Part shown: positions 36,559 through 45,987 of the stretch, in pieces
Layout: the number at the start of each line of letters is the position of its first letter
How positions within the stretch are numbered: the first letter of the stretch is position 1
Assembly: GCA_903876875.1 (NCBI GenBank)
Contig: CAIRBT010000130.1
Span: forward strand, 9,431 to 73,430
Direction of reading: 5' to 3'
DNA length: 64,000 nt
Source: an uncultured Geobacteraceae bacterium
GTDB lineage: Bacteria > Desulfobacterota > Desulfuromonadia > Geobacterales > Pseudopelobacteraceae
Position numbers and translations under genes: made by a program
The notes under the pieces: generated by a model
Databases searched by the model: none
Seen by the model: only the letters and a program-made list of their open reading frames with translations
Told to the model about the DNA's origin: nothing

Positions 36559-39500
36559 ATGTCAACATCAATCGTCTTCGTAGATTCCGCCCTTACCGAT
36601 TATCAGAGTCTGGTTTCATCGCTTTCCGGTGACAATCAGGTCATACTGATTGACAGCCAAAAAGATGGCCTCACCCAGATGCTGGATGCCGTTGCCGGGC
36701 AGAGTGATATTTCTGCCATCCATATTCTCGGCCATGGAGCCAGCGGTTTGGTACAGTTGGGAACCACCATTTTGGACAATGCCGATCTTGCCCAGTACCA
36801 GTCACAGTTGGCTGCGTTGGGGAGTCATTTGTCGGCTAATGCTGATATTTTGTTGTACGGCTGCAACGTGGCGGCCGGTACTACTGGAATGCAGTTTATT
36901 GCAAATCTGGCGCAGGCTACCGGGGCAGATGTGGCAGCTTCGACCAACCTCACCGGGTCTGCGGCACTGGGTGGCGATTGGGTTTTGGAACTGTCGGCGG
37001 GTCCCATAGACGCAGTTACTCTCTCTTCAACAGATTATGGGCAACTATTGAGCCCGGATCCGTTTGCCGGAAAATGGACTTTTTCGAGTCATGATATTTT
37101 TGCTTCAGGTATCGGTGGAACCCCTTATCAAATTAATGTCGAAACTGGACTTGGCTATGGCAACCCTGATTTTCCGCCTACCGGTGCAGTTACGATTAGA
37201 GCAACGTGGACTGATGAGAGCGATTCTTCACGACTGATAACTACCCAAGACTGGACAAGTGCAGCGACTGGTGGACAGTTTCATACCTTTAATCTTCAAC
37301 CATCTGCGGAAGATGCTTTAGCCCTGGATGGTGATTTTATCGAAGTTACATTTACCTTTAGCGGGCCTGGTACTGTGTCTCTTCTTGGTCCATACACCTC
37401 TGGGCTTACTGAAACGTATCAATATTCACTTTCTAACTGGGCCGCTCCCAACTCGGCACCGACTGCTGGTACCAATGGTGAAATATCCATTAGTGCCGGT
37501 GCTTCACTGTCAGCAAGTTATTTAACCACTGCCAATACCGGATCATCCGATCCCGATAGTGGCGACACGCTTACCTACACGCTGACCGGTTCAACCGTTG
37601 TGGCGCCAAGTGATGCCGACCGTCCTTCATGGAAAGGGAGAAATCTTGTCGGTACCCAGTCCTATTCGGTTAGTGACGGACATGACCATACGGCGAATGG
37701 TACTATTAATGTCTATGCTACGTACCGAGATGACGCTGCCGGTTGGAGCACCGATCCGGCCACTGCCGACTGGAATAAAAGCTGGAGCAGCAGCGGTACC
37801 AATACCACTACACTGAATGGAGCAACCGACCCGGAAAGTGATCCGATTAGCTATGCCATTGTCTCGGTGAATGGCCTACCCAAACCAGCCTGGATGTCAA
37901 TCAATGGCAGCACCGGAGCAATTACTGCTAATGTTGCACCTGAGTTCCAGGAATCCACGTACCAGATGATTGTGAGTGCCACCAGTTCCGGCACCTCTAC
38001 ACCGATACAGAAAGCCTTCACCATTACCACCGGCACGGCTGCCCAGTTGAACGACATACCGACCGCCAGCACCGGTAGTAAAACCGTTGCGGAAGACGCT
38101 CCGGCGCACCTTAGCTTCGGAACTGTCGATTTCAATTTTGCCGACCTCGATAATTCCGCCGGCCTTTCATCAGCTACCGGAGCCGCATTGGCACGTGTCC
38201 GCATTGAATCACTCACCAACAATGGTACGCTGTCACTCAATGGCGATCCGGTAACAGTCAGTCAGGAAATTCTGACCGCTGACCTCAGCAAGCTTATCTA
38301 CACCCCGAACACTGATTATAGTGGCAGTGAAAGCTTTACCTACTCTGTCAGTGACGGTATTGACTGGTCGGTTGAACCGACCACCATGAATATCACGGTG
38401 ACTCCATCGAACGATGCTCCGGTACTGGTAGATGGTGTGCCAACTCTGACCACTATCGATGAAAATGCCACCACGAATCCGGTTAGCAATCCGGGTAACT
38501 TCGTTGGCGACCTCATAAGCCGTACTGGTGGTGGCACGACCGTTGGTACTCCGGACGGTATTACTGATGTTGATACAAAAAACAACGGTGGCTTGGGTAA
38601 TGTGCCGGAATCAGTGGGCATGGGCATTGCTATCTTTGCAGCGACTCACAGTAACCTGTTTACCATTGATGGTTCAGATTCTGCCTACTACGGCACTGGT
38701 GGCGGCCATTGGCAATATTCAACGAATAATGGTCAGAACTGGTCTGAGATTGGTGTTGTAAACAATAATGGTTCCCTGTTGCTTTCTGTAACGGATAAAG
38801 TACGCTTTATTCCCGATGCGATAAACGGTACCATCGGTACCTTAAACTATTACCTGTGGGATGGTGCCAACGGTACCAGTCATGGAACGTATGTAGATGT
38901 AAATGATGCTAATCGTGGTGGCAGCACCCCCTATTCGCTTACTTCTGATACCGCCACCCTGATGGTGGGTAATGTCAATGACGCACCGCTGCTTGATCTT
39001 GATGGAAATAATTCCAGTGGTGCAACCGGAACTGGCACCACCAGTAACAGTGCCAGTTACAAAACAGAATATCTGGTGAGAAGTCTGCCTGTACCTGTTG
39101 TCGATACCGATATCACCATCAGCGATATTGATTCCCTGCAGGGTGCCGACAACGTTACAAAATTTGATACCATTGACCATGCCACCGTTGCCATTACTGC
39201 CGGTGCGATTGATAACCTGTTCGGAACTACCTATGAAACATTGAATACGCTTACTGCTACCGTTATTGGTTCCCTGGGAACCATTACTGTCACCGGCAGT
39301 GCCTCAGCGAGCATTTCCATTGCCGGTACCGGTACCTGGGAAGAATATCAGACTATCATTAAAAGTATTACCTATCAGAATGCCAATCCCAATGCCTACC
39401 CGGGCGACCGTACGGTGACAGTTTCCATCACCGACAGTGCCATAACGGATTCATTACATCCGGCCACGGTCAGTGCCACCACTACCATCACCAACGTCTG

Positions 39501-42500
39501 GGCACCCTACGTGGACACAAATGGTGTGGCAGAAGGTGTGTCGTACAGCACCTCCTTCACCGAGGGGAATTCACCCATAAAGATTGTTTCAGCCGATGCC
39601 ACCATCACCGATGAGGACAGTCATCTGAAGAAAGTCGTTGTCAGTATCTATAACCGGCTCAACGGTGACAGCGAAGTGTTGGCTATCCCCGGTGGCGATA
39701 CTACCAATTGGAACGGCATTGACGGGCTTACCGTGTCAGGCAGCGGTACCGGTACCATTACGCTGACCGGCGATCTGGCACCAAACTTCTATCAACTGGC
39801 ACTCCGCTCCATAACCTATAGTAACAGCTCAGACGCTCCGAACACCACCCAGCGGGATATTACGGTAGTGGCAACTGATATTCAGGATCATGTTGGTGTT
39901 ACCGGTCACAGCTACATTGGCTTAACGGCGGTGAATGATGCACCGGTGCTTGGTGCAGCAGGAAGTGGTTCCCCACAATTTCTATCAGACTTCTTTGATA
40001 TTGCCGAGGATGTTCTCAATGGAGAGAATAGGGGCAACACGGTGGCAAGCCTCATTGCCGATGGCCGTATCACCGATCCTGATCTGACCGGTACCGCCCC
40101 CGAGGCTATTGCTGTCTCCGCGGTTGATAACACTAATGGTATCTGGCAGTATAAACTTGGTAACGGTTCATGGACGACCATTAATTTTGCTGCCAATAGT
40201 GGCAAGGCTCTGCTCCTTGACAGTACAGACAGTCTCCGTTTCGTGCCGAATGCCGACTGGAATGGAACTGTCAGTAATGGTATCACCTTTTATGCGTGGG
40301 ATAAAACTTCTGCTGCCGCCGGTGATTATCTGACGGTCAATGGCAATACGGGGGGAGACAAGGTTCTTTCCACGGCAACCGGTACGGTAGATATTACGGT
40401 TAATGCAGTCAACGATGCTCCGGTCATGACCGGCAGCGGCAGTAATATGACCGGTATCACCGAAGATGACACCAGTAACGCAGGCCAGACGGTAGCAAGC
40501 GTACTCGCCACGGTTACTGATATTGATAGTATTAACCTTGGTGTCGCAATATATGGTACTACGGTTATCGGACCGACTACCGGTGGCAAATGGCAGTATA
40601 ATGTCAATTCCACCGGGTGGACTGATTTTGGTTCCGTAGCGGTAGGTTCGGCATTGCTGCTCAAGAGTACCGATCTTGTTCGCTTTGAGCCGGATACGAA
40701 GAATGGCCAGACCGCCAGTTTTGACTATTATGCGTGGGATCAATACAGCGGTACGGCGGGCAGCAAGGTGGATGTCAACAACAGGGGAGGTTCCACACCC
40801 TATTCTACGGCGAGCGACTCTGTTTCCATCACGGTAGCTGACCTCAATGATGCACCCGTTGTGAGCACCGGTTATAGTACCAACTTCCTGGTACGCAGTG
40901 GGCGGGGCGTTGCCATTGTTAATGTAGATACTTTTAGTATCACTGACGTTGATAAAACAAGCGGAGGTATAACTGATACTATTGCAACTGCTACGGTAAA
41001 AATCAAAAACGGTGCAATTGATAACAATTTTGGTACCATTTATGAAACCTTGACGTTGGTTGATGGCACGCCGGTTGTAGGCACGCCCGGTTCTTATACC
41101 GTTGCGGGCACCCTGGATACGCTTACCATATCCGGGAGCAATTCACCAAGTATTACCATCACCGGCATCGGAACGTTGGAAGAATATCAGAATCTTATCA
41201 CTGAAATAACATATCAAAACGCCAATCCCAATGCCTACACCGGTGACCGCACTGTCGAGATTAATATTACCGATAGTGCCATTACGGGTGGTGTTTCTTC
41301 CACGGTGTCGGCAGTATCTACCATTCACAACATATGGGCACCGGTTGTGGATACCAACGGAGTACAGTCCGGTGTGACCTATACCACCAGTTATACTGAG
41401 GGAGGGGAGCCAGCTAAAGTTGTTACTGCCGATGCAACTATTACCGATGAAGACAGTCATCTCAAAAGTGTGGTAGTTACCATTCGAGATGCCGATAATA
41501 GTGTTGTGGCAAATGCCTATGAAACTCTCAGTATTTCAAACGATTATAGCGCAAACTTGAATGGGCTTGGCTTGACGGTTACCGGTAGTGGCACCAATAC
41601 AATTACTCTCACCGGTAACCTACCCCCCAGTATCTACCAGTTGGCACTTCGCTCCATCACGTATGCCAACTCTTCCACCAACCCGGGAGATGTTACCCGT
41701 CATATCAGTGTGGTGGCAACCGATACTACTGATCAAGTGGGCTATACGGGTGTTACCAACCTCACCGTGATACCGGTTAACTCCCCACCTACATTGGTGG
41801 ACGTTCTGTCGGGGAGCATTGCCGAGAACAATCTGGCGACCACGACGACAGATCTTCACCTTTCTGGCACTCTGTCAGGTAATGATGTTGAGTCAGGTTC
41901 CGCTTCTCTGGTGTATGGCATTACCGGTGGCACTGCCGGAGTTGAGCCTGGTACAATTGTTAAGAGCGGTACCTATGGCACATTGCTTGTTTACACTGCT
42001 GGCGGGGCTTATACGTACAGTAAAAAGAGTGATGTTATTGAGCAGTTGGCCGCAAATGCTTCTGTATCAGATGAATTTTCAGTCACCGTCTCTGATGGGA
42101 GTTTGTCGACTTCAAAGGTCTTTACGGTTAATGTGACCGGTGGTAATGATGCCCCTGTGGCATCCGGCAGCTATACCCATGCAATTTTTGACACCGCTGC
42201 AGCTGATACCTTCAGTAATCTGACTGGCACATTAACTGCTACGGATGTAGATGCACCTGATACCCTCACCTGGAGTGGCAATAGCCACGGTACCTATGGT
42301 GATTTGACGGTAAATTCCAATGGCAGTTACAGTTATGTGGTCACTGCCGATGCCGTTAATGCTCTCAATACGAGTCAAAATGTCAGTGACACTTTTACCG
42401 CCACGGTGACCGACAGTCAGGGAGCCACCGCTACCCGCACCATCTCAGTCAACGTAACGGGAGTAAATGATACACCGGTAGCATCTGGTGCCTACACCCA

Positions 42501-44406
42501 CTCGATTGTCGATACTGCTTCTGTTGATAGTTATAACAACCTGACCGGACAGCTGCATGCCACGGATCCTGACGCCAATGACTCACTCACCTGGAGCGGC
42601 AGCAGCACCGGTAGTTACGGAACGCTTACGGTAAATTCTAACGGCAGCTACAGTTATATCGTCGCAGCTGCAGCGGTTAATGCCGTTCCGGCAAATCAGA
42701 GTGCCACGGATACCTTTACGGCTACCGTAACTGACAGTCACGGTGCTTCTGCAACCCGTACAATCACGGTAAATGTGACCGGTGCCAATGATCCCCCGGT
42801 GGCGACCGGTACTTATACCCACACGATCACCGATACGGCTGCTGCTGACACATTCGCCGATTTAACCGGTACCCTGACCGCTACCGATGTTGATGTTCCG
42901 GACACCCTTACCTGGAGTGGCAGTTCCACCGGCAGTTACGGTGCTCTTACGGTCAGCAGTGACGGTAGTTACCGCTATGTGGTCAATGCAGCCGCAGTCA
43001 ATGCACTACCGGCAACAACTGCCACAGAGACTTTTACCGCTACGGTAACTGACAGTCATAATGCCACGGCCACCCGGACTATTTCGGTGAATGTGACCGG
43101 GGTTAATGACAGGCCGGTCGTGACGAACGAGGCCGCTCAGGCTGTCGGCACGGTCACAGAGGCTGGTTTGGCTGTGGTTGGCACCGATCACACATCCGGT
43201 CTCTTGTTAGCCAATGACGTAGATACTAATGCTACCTATAGTTGGAGTGTCTACGGTACACCCTCAACCACCTACGGAGCTTTCTCGCTTAATTCAAGTA
43301 CCGGTGCCTGGGATTATACATTAAACAATAATCTTGCGGCGACACAGGCTCTTAAGGCAGATCAAATGGTTGATCAAACCTATACCGCACGGGTAACCGA
43401 TCAATTTGGTGCCTACGCCGATGAGACCGTCACGGTACATATCAATGGTACTAACGACGCACCGACTATCAGCGGTGTGCCGGATACGGCACCGATTTTT
43501 ACCGCCGGTACGGCCGAAGCACTTGCTGATTTCACTATTGCTGATGCTGAAACCGGTACCTTGAGTGTTTCGCTTGTCGCATCCAGCGGTACTATTGGTG
43601 GCATTACCGATAGCGACCCGTTAACGGCGGGAATCCAGTTGAGTGGTACGGCATCTGCTATTAATTCTGCTCTGGCGAATGCCACATTCACCATAACGAA
43701 TGCACTAGATCCACATTTTTCCATACTGGTAACTGATGATAAGAACGCAACGGCATCGGCAACCTACCACATGATTGCTGATAATGCCGGTGTTCTGACA
43801 ACCATAGAATCCGGCGTGCCTTCACTTCCATCGGCTGGTGGCGGCACTGCAGGGACAGGTGATGGTAACGGTGACGGAGTTGCTGATAGTCAGCAGCTTT
43901 CAGTTCTCTCGGTGCCGCTGTTATCGACATCAACCCCTACAATCAATACCGGTGCTGACCATTCGTACATCACGATGGTCGCCGATTCAAATGCCGGTGT
44001 TATCGATACCACCAATGCGGGCACTGCTGTTGTTACCGATATTCATCAACTTGATAAACCGTCAACGCTGCCGGCTGGTATGCAGATGCCACTTGGTGAA
44101 TTAGCTTTTATTGCGACCACAATTGATACCGGTGTTATTTCACAAACGTTTAGTCTGTTTGTCGATAGTTCACTTGGTGCCAACGGTTACTGGACGCAGA
44201 ACAGTGCCGGTGTCTGGCAGAATCTTGCCACTCACATCGAAACCGTAGATGGTAAAACCAGAATTGACTTTACCATTGCCGATGGCGGAGCCTTTGATAC
44301 TGATCATGCCGCTGGTACTATCAGTAACCAGGGTGCCCTTGGCTCCAAGCCGCTCTCTATTGTCAGTGCGGTTCCGGTAACCACACCGGGTGGCTTCTTT
44401 TTCTAA
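36559..44406 (+). CDS. Giant repetitive surface/extracellular protein (DUF4347 N-domain, cadherin/VCBS-like repeats, C-terminal beta-sandwich-type domain)
   Basis: GGAGGAA ribosome-binding site, then ATG 36559 (M7 of the ORF). N-terminus IVFVDSALTDYQSL...ILGHGASG...LLYGCNVAAG...GDWVLE matches DUF4347. There are many (V/A)NDAPV domain boundaries, VSDG/VTDS strands and three WQY modules. C-terminal ...DGNGDGVADSQQ...IADGGAFDTDHAAGTISNQGALG. Confidence 0.9.
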   Translation: MSTSIVFVDSALTDYQSLVSSLSGDNQVILIDSQKDGLTQMLDAVAGQSDISAIHILGHGASGLVQLGTTILDNADLAQYQSQLAALGSHLSANADILLYGCNVAAGTTGMQFIANLAQATGADVAASTNLTGSAALGGDWVLELSAGPIDAVTLSSTDYGQLLSPDPFAGKWTFSSHDIFASGIGGTPYQINVETGLGYGNPDFPPTGAVTIRATWTDESDSSRLITTQDWTSAATGGQFHTFNLQPSAEDALALDGDFIEVTFTFSGPGTVSLLGPYTSGLTETYQYSLSNWAAPNSAPTAGTNGEISISAGASLSASYLTTANTGSSDPDSGDTLTYTLTGSTVVAPSDADRPSWKGRNLVGTQSYSVSDGHDHTANGTINVYATYRDDAAGWSTDPATADWNKSWSSSGTNTTTLNGATDPESDPISYAIVSVNGLPKPAWMSINGSTGAITANVAPEFQESTYQMIVSATSSGTSTPIQKAFTITTGTAAQLNDIPTASTGSKTVAEDAPAHLSFGTVDFNFADLDNSAGLSSATGAALARVRIESLTNNGTLSLNGDPVTVSQEILTADLSKLIYTPNTDYSGSESFTYSVSDGIDWSVEPTTMNITVTPSNDAPVLVDGVPTLTTIDENATTNPVSNPGNFVGDLISRTGGGTTVGTPDGITDVDTKNNGGLGNVPESVGMGIAIFAATHSNLFTIDGSDSAYYGTGGGHWQYSTNNGQNWSEIGVVNNNGSLLLSVTDKVRFIPDAINGTIGTLNYYLWDGANGTSHGTYVDVNDANRGGSTPYSLTSDTATLMVGNVNDAPLLDLDGNNSSGATGTGTTSNSASYKTEYLVRSLPVPVVDTDITISDIDSLQGADNVTKFDTIDHATVAITAGAIDNLFGTTYETLNTLTATVIGSLGTITVTGSASASISIAGTGTWEEYQTIIKSITYQNANPNAYPGDRTVTVSITDSAITDSLHPATVSATTTITNVWAPYVDTNGVAEGVSYSTSFTEGNSPIKIVSADATITDEDSHLKKVVVSIYNRLNGDSEVLAIPGGDTTNWNGIDGLTVSGSGTGTITLTGDLAPNFYQLALRSITYSNSSDAPNTTQRDITVVATDIQDHVGVTGHSYIGLTAVNDAPVLGAAGSGSPQFLSDFFDIAEDVLNGENRGNTVASLIADGRITDPDLTGTAPEAIAVSAVDNTNGIWQYKLGNGSWTTINFAANSGKALLLDSTDSLRFVPNADWNGTVSNGITFYAWDKTSAAAGDYLTVNGNTGGDKVLSTATGTVDITVNAVNDAPVMTGSGSNMTGITEDDTSNAGQTVASVLATVTDIDSINLGVAIYGTTVIGPTTGGKWQYNVNSTGWTDFGSVAVGSALLLKSTDLVRFEPDTKNGQTASFDYYAWDQYSGTAGSKVDVNNRGGSTPYSTASDSVSITVADLNDAPVVSTGYSTNFLVRSGRGVAIVNVDTFSITDVDKTSGGITDTIATATVKIKNGAIDNNFGTIYETLTLVDGTPVVGTPGSYTVAGTLDTLTISGSNSPSITITGIGTLEEYQNLITEITYQNANPNAYTGDRTVEINITDSAITGGVSSTVSAVSTIHNIWAPVVDTNGVQSGVTYTTSYTEGGEPAKVVTADATITDEDSHLKSVVVTIRDADNSVVANAYETLSISNDYSANLNGLGLTVTGSGTNTITLTGNLPPSIYQLALRSITYANSSTNPGDVTRHISVVATDTTDQVGYTGVTNLTVIPVNSPPTLVDVLSGSIAENNLATTTTDLHLSGTLSGNDVESGSASLVYGITGGTAGVEPGTIVKSGTYGTLLVYTAGGAYTYSKKSDVIEQLAANASVSDEFSVTVSDGSLSTSKVFTVNVTGGNDAPVASGSYTHAIFDTAAADTFSNLTGTLTATDVDAPDTLTWSGNSHGTYGDLTVNSNGSYSYVVTADAVNALNTSQNVSDTFTATVTDSQGATATRTISVNVTGVNDTPVASGAYTHSIVDTASVDSYNNLTGQLHATDPDANDSLTWSGSSTGSYGTLTVNSNGSYSYIVAAAAVNAVPANQSATDTFTATVTDSHGASATRTITVNVTGANDPPVATGTYTHTITDTAAADTFADLTGTLTATDVDVPDTLTWSGSSTGSYGALTVSSDGSYRYVVNAAAVNALPATTATETFTATVTDSHNATATRTISVNVTGVNDRPVVTNEAAQAVGTVTEAGLAVVGTDHTSGLLLANDVDTNATYSWSVYGTPSTTYGAFSLNSSTGAWDYTLNNNLAATQALKADQMVDQTYTARVTDQFGAYADETVTVHINGTNDAPTISGVPDTAPIFTAGTAEALADFTIADAETGTLSVSLVASSGTIGGITDSDPLTAGIQLSGTASAINSALANATFTITNALDPHFSILVTDDKNATASATYHMIADNAGVLTTIESGVPSLPSAGGGTAGTGDGNGDGVADSQQLSVLSVPLLSTSTPTINTGADHSYITMVADSNAGVIDTTNAGTAVVTDIHQLDKPSTLPAGMQMPLGELAFIATTIDTGVISQTFSLFVDSSLGANGYWTQNSAGVWQNLATHIETVDGKTRIDFTIADGGAFDTDHAAGTISNQGALGSKPLSIVSAVPVTTPGGFFF
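42130..43089 (+). repeat. Three in-frame tandem 318-321-bp (106-107 aa) repeats inside the giant gene
   Basis: Unit boundaries (NVTG.ND.PVA) fall at 42130, 42451, 42772 and 43090. Units share long strings such as TLTWSG.S.G.YG.LTV.S.GSY.Y.V.A.AVNA....TFTATVTDS.GA.ATRTI.VNVTG. Confidence 0.9.
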
Positions 44407-44424
44407 GGTAAACGGACAGACACC

Positions 44425-44445
44425 ACTGCCGTCTCTGGCGGCAGT
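44425..44445 (+). other. Stem-loop between the giant gene and the lipoprotein gene
   Basis: ACTGCCG-tctctgg-CGGCAGT, 19 nt after the stop codon. There is no U-tract, so it is not a clear terminator. Confidence 0.4.
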
Positions 44446-44480
44446 TATACTATTAATTCTTTGAATAAGGGGAGTTTACT

Positions 44481-45230
44481 ATGAAGTTTCGTGTGTTAGC
44501 TGCAGCAGTGATTACATCTGCTTTGTTTCTTGGAGGATGTGGCAGTGGAGACGGTGGTGGTATCTATTCATCGCCACTTAAGGGGTATTGGGAGGATTTG
44601 GGTGGTTTGACCAAGGCCATCGTGCTTGCCAATGGGGATGGTTGGTTTGTTTTCAAGAACGACCAGAACTCTGCGATTACCAGCTGTGCCCGCGTGCAGA
44701 TGACAGAGGGCAGCGGGTTGAGCTTTTCTGCTTCTGGTAAACAGTATCTGCTGCAGACCGGTGCCGCTTCTGATGTTACCGGCTCTGGAACCTATATTCA
44801 AAAAGCATCACTTACCGGTTCTCTATTAACTCAAACTTTCACTAATCTGGTGTATGACAGTAGTTTTGAAAAAACCGCTGTTCAGGCTGATGTTGGCGGA
44901 ACCTGGATAGGGAATTACGGGACATATAATAATGGCACTGCAGAAGTTGCTAATATTTTGACTCTTACTGTTAATGACGTTACCGGCATTGTGGCTGGCA
45001 GTAGCACAAATGCTTGTAACTACAGCGGCTCCGCACACCCGCGTGCCTCTGACCCTGCTCTGTTTGACATCACTCTTGACCAGAGCTGTGTTGACAATAC
45101 TTCCCGCCATCTTTCGGGTATTGCGTATACAACTCAGAAGGTTAGTGATATTTATCTCTCCGTTGCTACAACAACTGCTGATAGATCCAGTGCAGCGTTG
45201 TTTATTGGGAAGAAACAGTTGCTCCAGTAA
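44481..45230 (+). CDS. Lipoprotein, unknown function
   Basis: AAGGGGAG ribosome-binding site. Signal peptide plus lipobox MKFRVLAAAVITSALFLGG|C. 249 aa, Gly/Ser/Thr-rich, no recognisable domain. Confidence 0.75.
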   Translation: MKFRVLAAAVITSALFLGGCGSGDGGGIYSSPLKGYWEDLGGLTKAIVLANGDGWFVFKNDQNSAITSCARVQMTEGSGLSFSASGKQYLLQTGAASDVTGSGTYIQKASLTGSLLTQTFTNLVYDSSFEKTAVQADVGGTWIGNYGTYNNGTAEVANILTLTVNDVTGIVAGSSTNACNYSGSAHPRASDPALFDITLDQSCVDNTSRHLSGIAYTTQKVSDIYLSVATTTADRSSAALFIGKKQLLQ

Positions 45231-45266
45231 ACGGACAATAGTTTCGGTCCAGCATCCCCCTCAGCC

Positions 45267-45308
45267 GAGCCCTCTCTCCTTTTAGACCCAAGGGGGGAGG
45301 CTCTTTTT
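45267..45308 (+). terminator. Rho-independent terminator (imperfect stem)
   Basis: GAGCCCTCTCTCC...GGGGGGAGGCTC (G-U-rich stem) followed by TTTTT. Confidence 0.45.
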
Positions 45309-45522
45309 ATTTGATCTTCCCCCCTCCCGACCTCCCCCCGCTGGGTGGAGCAGATAAAACTAGAGTCATCTTGCAGCTGCCCATACTATCTATCCCCACA
45401 ATAACTCAAAAAGTCTCCGCCTGAGCCCATCTCCCCACATATATTCATACAATATTACAAAAAAACATAGTATAACTGACAACCCAAAACACAAAACCCA
45501 TAAAACCGGAAATCACCCAACC

Positions 45523-45987
45523 ATGAAACCATACAATATCGTCCTTATCGAGCCTGAAATCCCCCCCAATACCGGCAATATTGCCCGTCTCTGCGCCGCC
45601 ACCGGCACGGTGTTGCACCTCGTGGGCAAACTGGGTTTTTCCCTTGATGACCGCTATCTGAAGCGAGCAGGCCTTGATTACTGGGAGTTTGTAACCCTTA
45701 AAACCTGGCCCGATCTGGAAACGCTCCAGGCTGCTGCCGGGGGAGAACGCTTTTTTTATCTGACCACCAAGGTGAAGCGGAGCTACCTTGATGCCGGGTT
45801 TCAACCGGGTGATTACATCGTTTTTGGTAAAGAGACTAAGGGGCTGCCGGTCGAATTGCTCGAAGCCAATACTGAAACCTGCTTTACCATCCCGATGCCG
45901 TCAGAAAAGGTGCGGAGCCTTAATCTTTCTACCTCTGCCGGTATCGTGCTGTATGAAGCACTGCGTCAGTGTGGTGGCCTGTCATGA
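45523..45987 (+). CDS. trmL: tRNA (cytidine/uridine-2'-O)-methyltransferase TrmL (SpoU family)
   Basis: 154 aa. PPNTGNIARLCAATG, GKETKGLP and RSLNLS motifs. Confidence 0.9.
   Translation: MKPYNIVLIEPEIPPNTGNIARLCAATGTVLHLVGKLGFSLDDRYLKRAGLDYWEFVTLKTWPDLETLQAAAGGERFFYLTTKVKRSYLDAGFQPGDYIVFGKETKGLPVELLEANTETCFTIPMPSEKVRSLNLSTSAGIVLYEALRQCGGLS

Noticed and set aside
45445-45804. 119-aa minus-strand ORF overlapping the trmL start.
   Set aside because: Antisense to trmL, which has clear SpoU motifs, and it extends into the G-depleted leader. No support.
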